From Eledone cirrhosa (lineage: Eukaryota), in the NCBI GenBank assembly GCA_964016885.1, contig OZ024752.1:18538001-18602000 (forward strand): a stretch of DNA of 64,000 nucleotides, given 5' to 3'. Both the position numbers and the translations under genes were made by a program. The notes below the pieces were generated by a model. That model was not told where the DNA came from. It searched no databases and worked only from the letters and a program-made list of their open reading frames with translations. Below are positions 52,501-62,500 of the stretch, piece by piece; position 1 is the first letter of the stretch, and the number at the start of each line of letters is the position of its first letter.

Positions 52501-55500
52501 AGACTAGTTGTGTGGTCATTGTGGCGTAGAATGTAGGTGAAAGACTAGTTGTGTGGTTACTGTGGTGTAGAATGTAGGTGAAAGGCTAGTTGTGTGGTCA
52601 TTGTGGCGTAGAATGTAGGTGAAAGACTAGTTGTGTGGTCACTGTAGTGTAGAATGTAGGTGAAAGACTAGTTGTGTGGTCACTGTGGTGTAGAAGTAGG
52701 TGAAAGACTAGTTGTGTGGTCACTGTGGTGTAGAATGTAGGTGAAAGACTAGTTGTGTGGTCACTGTGGTGTAGAATGTAGGTGAAAGACTAGTTGTGTG
52801 GTCACTGTGGTATAGAAGTAGGTGAAAGACTTGTTGTGTGGTCACTGTGGTGTAGAATGTAGGTGAAAGACTAGTTGTGTGGTCATTGTGGTGTAGAATG
52901 TAGGTGAAAGACTAGTTGTGTGGTCACTGTGGTGTAGAAGTAGGTGAAAGACTAGTTGTGTGGTCATTGTGGTGTAGAAATAGGTGAAAGACTAGTTTTG
53001 TGGTCACTGTGTCGTAGAATGTAGGTGAAAGACTAGTTGTGTGGTCACTGTGGTGTAGAAGTAGGTGAAAGAGTAGTTGTGTGGTCATTGTGGTGTAGAA
53101 GTAGGTGAAAGACTAGTTGTGTGGTCACTATGGCATAGAATGTAGGTGAAAGACTAGTTGTGTGGTCACTGTGGTGTAGAATGTAGGTGAAAGGCTAGTT
53201 GTGTGGTCATTGTGGCGTAGAATGTAGGTGAAAGACTAGTTGTGTGGTCACTGTAGTGTAGAATGTAGGTGAAAGACTAGTTGTGTGGTCATTGTGGTGT
53301 AGAAGTAGGTGAAAGACTAGTTGTGTGGTCACTGTGGTGTAGAAGTAGGTGAAAGACTAGTTGTGTGGTCACTGTGGTGTAGAAGTAGGTGAAAGACTAG
53401 TTGTGTGGTCATTGTGGTGTAGAAGTAGGTGAAAGACTAGGTGTGTGGTCACTGTGGCGTAGAATGTAGGTGAAAGACTAGTTGTGTGGTCACTGTGGTG
53501 TAGAATGTAGTTGAAAGACCAGTTGTGTGGTCACTGTGGTGTAGAAGTAGGTGAAAGACTAGTTGTGTGGTCATTGTGGTGTAGAAGTAGGTGAAAGACT
53601 AGTTGTGTGGTCACTGTGGTGTAGAATGTAGGTGAAAGACTAGTTGTGTGGTCACTGTGGCGTAGAATGTAGGTGAAAGACTAGTTGTGTGGTCACTGTG
53701 GTGTAGAATGTAGTTGAAAGACTAGTTGTGTGGTCACTGTAGTGTAGAATGTAGGTGAAAGACTAGTTGTGTGGTCACTGTGGTGTAGAAGTAGGTGAAA
53801 GACTAGTTGTGTGGTCACTGTGGTGTAGAATGTAGGTGAAAGACTAGTTGTGTGGTCACTGTGGTGTAGAATGTAGGTGAAAGACTAGCTGTGTGGTCAC
53901 TGTGGTGTAGAAGCAGGTGAAAGACTAGTTGTGTGGTCACTGTGGTGTAGAATGTAGGTGAAAGACTAGTTGTGTGGTCATTGTGGTGTAGAATGTAGGT
54001 GAAAGACTAGTTGTGTGGTCACTGTGGTGTCGAAGTCGGTGAAAGACTAGTTGTGTGGTCATTGTGGTGTAGAAGTAGGTGAAAGACTAGTTGTGTGGTC
54101 ACTGTGGCGTAGAATGTAGGTGAAAGACTAGTTGTGTTGTCACTGTGGTGTAGAATGTAGGTGAAAGACTAGTTGTGTGGTCACTGTGGTGTAGAAGTAG
54201 GTGAAAGACTAGTTGTGTGGTCACTGTGGTGTAGAAGTAGGTGAAAGACTAGTTGTGTGGTCACTGTGGTGTAGAATGTAGGTGAAAGACTAGTTGTGTG
54301 GTCACTGTGGTGTAGAAGTAGGTGAAAGTCTAGTTGTGTGGTCACTGTGGTGTAGAATGTAGGTGAAAGGCTAGTTGTGTGGTCATTGTGGTTTATGTGA
54401 GTAGGTGAAAGACTAGTTGTGTGGTCACTGTGGTGTAGAAGTAGGTGAAAGACTAGTTGTGTGGTCACTGTGGTGTAGAATGTAGGTGAAAGACTAGTTG
54501 TGTGGTCACTGTGGTGTAGAATGTAGGTGAAAGACTAGCTGTGTGGTCACTGTGGTGTAGAAGCAGGTGAAAGACTAGTTGTGTGGTCACTGTGGTGTAG
54601 AATGTAGGTGAAAGACTAGTTGTGTGGTCATTGTGGTGTAGAATGTAGGTGAAAGACTAGTTGTGTGGTCACTGTGGTGTCGAAGTCGGTGAAAGACTAG
54701 TTGTGTGGTCATTGTGGTGTAGAAGTAGGTGAAAGACTAGTTGTGTGGTCACTGTGGCGTAGAATGTAGGTGAAAGACTAGTTGTGTTGTCACTGTGGTG
54801 TAGAATGTAGGTGAAAGACTAGTTGTGTGGTCACTGTGGTGTAGAAGTAGGTGAAAGACTAGTTGTGTGGTCATTGTGATGTAGAAGTAGGTGAAAGACT
54901 AGTTGTGTGGTCATTGTGGTGTAGAAGTAGGTGAAAGACTAGTTGTGTGGTCACTGTGGCGTAGAATGTAGGTGAAAGACTAGTTGTGTGGTCACTGTGG
55001 TGTAGAATGTAGGTGAAAGACTAGTTGTGTGGTCATTGTGGTGTAGAAGTAGGTGAAAGACTAGTTGTGTGGTCACTGTGGTGTAGAAGTAGGTGAAAGA
55101 CTAGTTGTGTGGTCACTGTGGTGTAGAATGTAGGTGAAAGACTAGTTGTGTGGTCATTGTAGTGTAGAATGTAGGTGAAAGACTAGTTGTGTGGTCACTG
55201 TGGTGTAGAAGTAGGTGAAAGACTAGTTGTGTGGTCATTGTGGTGTAGAATGTAGGTGAAAGACTAGTCGTGTGGTCACTGTGGTGTAGAAGTAGGTGAA
55301 AGACTAGTTGTGTGGTCATTGTGGTGTAGAATGTAGGTGAAAGACTAGTTGTGTGGTCACTGTGGTGTAGAAGTAGGTGAAAGACGTTGTGTGGTCACTG
55401 GTGTAGAAGTAGGTGAAAGACTAGTTGTGTGGTCACTGTGGTGTAGAAGTAGGTGAAAGACTAGTTGTGTGGTCACTGTGGTGTAGAATGTAGGTGAAAG

Positions 55501-55957
55501 ACTAGTTGTGTGGTCACTGTGGTGTAGAAGTAGGTGAAAGACTAGTTGTGTGGTCACTGTGGTGTAGAATGTAGGTGAAAGGCTAGTTGTGTGGTCATTG
55601 TGGTTTATGTGAGTAGGTGAAAGACTAGTTGTGTGGTCACTGTGGTGTAGAAGTAGGTGAAAGACTAGTTGTGTGGTCACTGTGGTGTAGAATGTAGGTG
55701 AAAGGCTAGTTGTGTGGTCATTGTGGTTTATGTGAGTAGGTGAAAGACTAGTTGTGTGGTCACTGTGGTGTAGAAGTAGGTGAAAGACTAGTTGTGTGGT
55801 CACTGTGGTGTAGAATGTAGGTGAAAGACTAGTTGTGTGGTCACTGTGGTGTAGAATGTAGGTGAAAGACTAGTTGTGTGCTCATTGTGGTGTAGAATGT
55901 AGGTGAAAGACTAGTTGTGTGGTCACTGTGGTGTAGAAGTAGGTGAAAGACTAGTTG
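39410..55957 (+). repeat. 8274-bp near-perfect tandem block duplication (about 39410-47683 and 47684-55957)
   Basis: Constant offset of 8274: tgtagttgaa 39431/47705, gttgtcactg 40791/49065, gaatCtag 41947/50221, ggttactgtg 44281/52555, gctcatt 47606/55880, and ORF pairs 39903/48177, 41079/49353, 42052/50326, 43595/51869, 45907/54181, 47083/55357. Confidence 0.95.
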
Positions 55958-56599
55958 TGTGGTCACTGTGGTGTAGAATGTAGGTGAAAGACTAGTTGTG
56001 TGGTCATTGTGGCGTAGAATGTAGGTGAAAGACTAGTTGTGTGGTCACTGTGGTGTAGAATGTAGGTGAAAGGCTAGTTGTGTGGTCATTGTGGCGTAGA
56101 ATGTAGGTGAAAGACTAGTTGTGTGGTCACTGTAGTGTAGAATGTAGGTGAAAGACTAGTTGTGTGGTCACTGTGGTGTAGAAGTAGGTGAAAGACTAGT
56201 TGTGTGGTCACTGTGGTGTAGAATGTAGGTGAAAGACTAGTTGTGTGGTCACTGTGGTGTAGAATGTAGGTGAAAGACTAGTTGTGTGGTCACTGTGGTG
56301 TAGAAGTAGGTGAAAGACTAGTTGTGTGGTCACTGTGGTGTAGAATGTAGGTGAAAGACTAGTTGTGTGGTCATTGTGGTGTAGAATGTAGGTGAAAGAC
56401 TAGTTGTGTGGTCACTGTGGTGTAGAAGTAGGTGAAAGACTAGTTGTGTGGTCATTGTGGTGTAGAAGTAGGTGAAAGACTAGTTTTGTGGTCACTGTGT
56501 CATAGAATGTAGGTGAAAGACTAGTTGTGTGGTCACTGTGGTGTAGAAGTAGGTGAAAGACTAGTTGTGTGGTCATTGTGGTGTAGAAGTAGGTGAAAG

Positions 56600-59500
56600 A
56601 CTAGTTGTGTGGTCACTGGCATAGAATGTAGGTGAAAGACTAGTTGTGTGGTCACTGTGGTGTAGAATGTAGGTGAAAGGCTAGTTGTGTGGTCATTGTG
56701 GCGTAGAATGTAGGTGAAAGACTAGTTGTGTGGTCACTGTAGTTTAGAATGTAGGTGAAAGACTAGTTGTGTGGTCATTGTGGTGTAGAAGTAGGTGAAA
56801 GACTAGTTGTGTGGTCACTGTGGTGTAGAAGTAGGTGAAAGACTAGTTGTGTGGTCACTGTGGTGTAGAAGTAGGTGAAAGACTAGTTGTGTGGTCATTG
56901 TTGTGTAGAAGTAGGTGAAAGACTAGTTGTGTGGTCACTGTGGCGTAGAATGTAGGTGAAAGACTAGTTGTGTGGTCACTGTGGTGTAGAATGTAGTTGA
57001 AAGACTAGTTGTGTGGTCACTGTGGTGTAGAAGTAGGTGAAAGACTAGTTGTGTGGTCATTGTGGTGTAGAAGTAGGTGAAAGACTAGTTGTGTGGTCAC
57101 TGTGGTGTAGAATGTAGGTGAAAGACTAGTTGTGTGGTCACTGTGGCGTAGAATGTAGGTGAAAGACTAGTTGTGTGGTCACTGTGGTGTAGAATGTAGT
57201 TGAAAGACTAGTTGTGTGGTCACTGTGGTGTAGAAGTAGGTGAAAGACTAGTTGTGTGGTCATTGTGGTGTAGAAGTAGGTGAAAGACTAGTTGTGTGGT
57301 CACTGTGGTGTAGAATGTAGATGAAAGACTAGTTGTGTGGTCACTGTGGCGTAGAATGTAGGTTAAAGACTAGTTGTGTGGTCACTGTGGTGTAGAATGT
57401 AGGTGAAAGACTAGTTGTGTGGTCACTGTGGTGTAGAATGTAGGTGAAAGACTAGTTGTGTGGTCACTGTGGCGTAGAATGTAGGTGAAAGTCTAGTTGT
57501 GTGGTCACTGTGGTGTAGAATGTAGGTGAAAGACTAGTTGTGTGGTCACTGTGGTGTAGAAGTAGGTGAAAGACTAGTTGTGTGGTCATTGTGGTGTAGA
57601 AGTAGGTGAAAGACTAGTTGTGTGGTCATTGTGGTGTAGAAGTAGGTGAAAGACTAGTTGTGTGGTCATTGTGGTGTAGAAGTAGGTGAAAGACTAGTTG
57701 TGTGGTCACTGTGGTGTAGAATGTAGGTGAAAGACTAGTTGTGTGGTCACTGTGGTGTAGAATGTAGGTGAAAGACTAGTTGTGTGGTCACTGTGGTGTA
57801 GAAGTAGGTAAAAGAAGTTGTGTGGTCACTGTGTTGTAGAAGTAGGTGAAAGACTAGTTGTGTGGTCACTGTGGTGTAGAATGTAGGTGAAAGTCTAGTT
57901 GTGTGGTCATTGTGGCGTAGAATGTAGGTGAAAGACTAGTTGTGTGGTCACTGTGGTGTAGAAGTAGGTGAAAGACTAGTTGTGTGGTCATTGTGGTGTA
58001 GAAGTAGGTGAAAGACTAGTTGTGTGGTCATCGTGGTGTAGAAGTAGGTGAAAGACTAGTTGTGTGGTCACTGTGGTGTAGAATGTAGGTGAAAGACTAG
58101 TTGTGTGGTCACTGTGGTGTAGAATGTAGGTGAAAGACTAGTTGTGTGGTCACTGTGGTGTAGAATGTAGGTGAAAGACTAGTTGTGTGGTCACTGTGGT
58201 GTAGAATGTAGGTGAAAGACTAGTTGTGTGGTCACTGTGGTGTAGAATGTAGGTGAAAGACTAGTTGTGTGGTTACTGGGTGTAGAATGTAGGTGAAAGA
58301 CTAGTTGTGTGGTCATTGTGGTGTAGAAGTAGGTGAAAGACTAGTTGTGTGGTCACTGTGGTGTAGAATGTAGGTGAAAGGCTAGTTGTGTGGTCATTGT
58401 GGCGTAGAATGTAGGTGAAAGACTAGTTGTGTGGTCAATGTAGTGTAGAATGTAGGTGAAAGACTAGTTGTGTGGTCACTGTGGTGTAGAAGTAGGTGAA
58501 AGACTAATTGTGTGGTCACTGTGGTGTAGAATGTAGGTGAAAGACTAGTTGTGTGGTCACTGTGGTGTAGAATGTAGGTGAAAGACTTGTTGTGTGGTCA
58601 CTGTGGTCTAGAATGTAGGTGAAAGACTAGTTGTGTGGTCACTGTGGTGTAGAATGTAGGTGAAAGACTAGTTGTGTGGTCATTGTGGTGTAGAAGTAGG
58701 TGAAAGACTAGTTGTGTGGTCACTGTGGTGTAGAATGTAGGTGAAAGACTAGTTGTGTGGTCACTGTGGTGTAGAATGTAGGTGAAAGACTAGTTGTGTG
58801 GTCACTGTGGTGTAGAATGAAGGTGAAAGACTAGTTGTGTGGTTACTGTGGTGTAGAATGTAGGTGAAAGACTAGTTGTGTGGTCACTGTGGTGTAGAAT
58901 GTAGGTGAAAGGCTAGTTGTGTGGTCATTGTGGTGTAGAAGTAGGTGAAAGACTAGTTGTGTGGTCACTGTGGTGTAGAATGTAGGTGAAAGACTAGTTG
59001 TGTGGTCATTGTGGTGTAGAATGTAGGTGTAAGACTAGTTGTGTGGTCATTGTAGTGTAGAATGTAGGTGAAAGACTAGTTGTGTGGTCACTGTGGTGTA
59101 GAAGCAGGTGAAAGACTAGTTGTGTGGTCACTGTGGTGTAGAATGTAGGTGAAAGACTAGTTGTGTGGTCATTGTGGTGTAGAATGTAGGTGAAAGACTA
59201 GTTGTGTGGTCACTGTGGTGTAGAAGTCGGTGAAAGACTAGTTGTGTGGTCATTGTGGTGTAGAAGTAGGTGAAAGACTAGTTGTGTGGTCACTGTGGCG
59301 TAGAATGTAGGTGAAAGACTAGTTGTGTTGTCACTGTGGTGTAGAATGTAGGTGAAAGACTAGTTGTGTGGTCACTGTGGTGTAGAAGTAGGTGAAAGAC
59401 TAGTTGTGTGGTCATTGTGGTGTAGAAGTAGGTGAAAGACTAGTTGTGTGGTCACTGTGGCGTAGAATGTAGGTGAAAGACTAGTTGTGTGGTCACTGTG

Positions 59501-62500
59501 GTGTAGAATGTAGGTGAAAGACTAGTTGTGTGGTCATTGTGGTGTAGAAGTAGGTGAAAGACTAGTTGTGTGGTCATTGTGGTGTAGAAGTAGGTGAAAG
59601 ACTAGTTGTGTGGTCATTGTGGTGTAGAATGTAGGTGTAAGACTAGTTGTGTGGTCATTGTAGTGTAGAATGTAGGTGAAAGACTAGTTGTGTGGTCACT
59701 GTGGGGTAGAAGTAGGTGAAAGACTAGTTGTGTGGTCATTGTGGTGTAGAATGTAGGTGAAAGACTAGTTGTGTGGTCATTGTGGTGTAGAAGTAGGTGA
59801 AAGACTAGTTGTGTGGTCACTGTGGTGTAGAAGTAGGTGAAAGACTAGTTGTGTGGTCATTGTGGTGTAGAATGTAGGTGAAAGACTAGTCGTGTGGTCA
59901 CTGTGGTGTAGAAGTAGGTGAAAGACTATTTGTGTGGTCATTGTGGTGTAGAATGTAGGTGAAAGACTAGTTGTGTGGTCACTGTGGTGTAGAAGTAGGT
60001 GAAAGACGTTTTGTGGTCACTGGTGTAGAAGTAGGTGAAAGACTAGTTGTGTGGTCACTGTGGTGTAGAAGTAGGTGAAAGACTAGTTGTGTGGTCACTG
60101 TGGTGTAGAATGTAGGTGAAAGACTAGTTGTGTGGTCACTGTGGTGTAGAAGTAGGTGAAAGACTAGTTGTGTGGTCACTGTGGTGTAGAATGTAGGTGA
60201 AAGGCTAGTTGTGTGGTCATTGTGGTTTATCTGAATAGGTGAAAGACTAGTTGTGTGGTCACTGTGGTGTAGAAGTAGGTGAAAGACTAGTTGTGTGGTC
60301 ACTGTGGTGTAGAATGTAGGTGAAAGACTAGTTGTGTGGTCACTGTGGTGTAGAATGTAGGTGAAAGACTAGTTGTGTGCTCATTGTGGTGTAGAATGTA
60401 GGTGAAAGACTAGTTGTGTGGTCACTGTGGTGTAGAAGTAGGTGAAAGACTAGTTGTGTGGTCACTGTGGTGTAGAATGTAGGTGAAAGACTAGTTGTGT
60501 GGTCACTGTGGTGTAGAATGTAGGTGAAAGACTAGTTGTGTGGTCACTGTGGTATAGAAGTAGGTGAAAGACTAGTTGTGTGGTCACTGTGGTGTAGAAT
60601 GTAGGTGAAAGACTAGTTGTGTGGTCATTGTGGTGTAGAATGTAGGTGAAAGACTAGTTGTGTGGTCACTGTGGTGTAGAAGTAGGTGAAAGACTAGTTG
60701 TGTGGTCATTGTGGTGTAGAAGTAGGTGAAAGACTAGTTTTGTGGTCACTGTGTCGTAGAATGTAGGTGAAAGACTAGTTGTGTGGTCACTGTGGTGTAG
60801 AAGTAGGTGAAAGAGTAGTTGTGTGGTCATTGTGGTGTAGAAGTAGGTGAAAGACTAGTTGTGTGGTCACTGTGGCATAGAATGTAGGTGAAAGACTAGT
60901 TGTGTGGTCACTGTGGTGTAGAATGTAGGTGAAAGGCTAGTTGTGTGGTCACTGTGGCGTAGAATGTAGGTGAAAGACTAGTTGTGTGGTCACTGTAGTG
61001 TAGAATGTAGGTGAAAGACTAGTTGTGTGGTCATTGTGGTGTAGAAGTAGGTGAAAGACTAGTTGTGTGGTCACTGTGGTGTAGAAGTAGGTGAAAGACT
61101 AGTTGTGTGGTCACTGTGGTGTAGAAGTAGGTGAAAGACTAGTTGTGTGGTCATTGTGGTGTAGAAGTAGGTGAAAGACTAGGTGTGTGGTCACTGTGGC
61201 GTAGAATGTAAGTGAAAGACTAGTTGTGTGGTCACTGTGGTGTAGAATGTAGTTGAAAGACCAGTTGTGTGGTCACTGTGGTGTAGAAGTAGGTGAAAGA
61301 CTAGTTGTGTGGTCATTGTGGTGTAGAAGTAGGTGAAAGACTAGTTGTGTGGTCACTGTGGTGTAGAATGTAGGTGAAAGACTAGTTGTGTGGTCACTGT
61401 GGCGTAGAATGTAGGTGAAAGACTAGTTGTGTGGTCACTGTGGTGTAGAATGTAGTTGAAAGACTAGTTGTGTGGTCACTGTGGTGTAGAAGTAGGCGAA
61501 AGACTAGTTGTGTGGTCATTGTGGTGTAGAAGTAGGTGAAAGACTAGTTGTGTGGTCACTGTGGTGTAGAATGTAGATGAAAGACTAGTTGTGTGGTCAC
61601 TGTGGCGTAGAATGTAGGTGAAAGACTAGTTGTGTGGTCACTGTGGTGTAGAATGTAGGTGGAAGACTAGTTGTGTGGTCACTGTGGTGTAGAATGTAGG
61701 TGAAAGACTAGTTGTGTGGTCACTGTGGCGTAGAATGTAGGTGAAAGACTAGTTGTGTGGTCACTGTGGTGTAGAATGTAGGTGAAAGACTAGTTGTGTG
61801 GTCACTGTGGTGTAGAAGTAGGTGAAAGACTAGTTGTGTAGTCACTGTGGTGTAGAATGTAGGTAAAAGACTAGTTGTGTGGTCACTGTGGTGTAGAATG
61901 TAGGTGAAAGACTAGTTGTGTGGTCATTGTGGTGTAGAAGTAGGTGAAAGACTAGTTGTGTGGTCACTGTGGCGTAGAATGTAGGTGAAAGACTAGTTGT
62001 GTGGTCACTGTGGTGTAGAATGTAGGTGAAAGACTAGTTGTGTGGTCACTGTGGTGTAGAATGTAGGTGAAAGACTAGTTGTGTGGTCACTGTGGTGTAG
62101 AATGTAGGTGAAAGACTAGTTGTGTGGTCATTGTGGTGTAGAATGTAGGTGAAAGACTAGTTGTGTGGTCACTGTGGTGTAGAAGTAGGTGAAAGACTAG
62201 TTGTGTGGTCACTGTGGTGTAGAATGTAGGTGAAAGACTAGTTGTGTGGTCATTGTGGTGTAGAATGTAGGTGAAAGACTAGTTGTGTGGTCACTGTGGT
62301 GTAGAAGTCGGTGAAAGACTAGTTGTGTGGTCATTGTGGTGTAGAAGTAGGTGAAAGACTAGTTGTGTGGTCACTGTGGCGTAGAATGTAGGTGAAAGAC
62401 TAGTTGTGTTGTCACTGTGGTGTAGAATGTAGGTGAAAGACTAGTTGTGTGGTCACTGTGGTGTAGAAGTAGGTGAAAGACTAGTTGTGTGGTCATTGTG

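Noticed and set aside
2472-60302. About 50 minus-strand ORFs of 68-148 aa (MTTQLVFHLLLHHSDHTTSLSPTFYTT...), His/Thr/Ser-rich and superficially mucin-like or metal-binding
   Set aside because: They are translations of the satellite. They open only where alternating 40- and 41-bp monomers (81 bp = 27 codons) happen to avoid the stop-containing frame. Their starts are the reverse complement of the monomer's CAT/CAC, most of the array breaks frame, and there is no unique coding or regulatory context.
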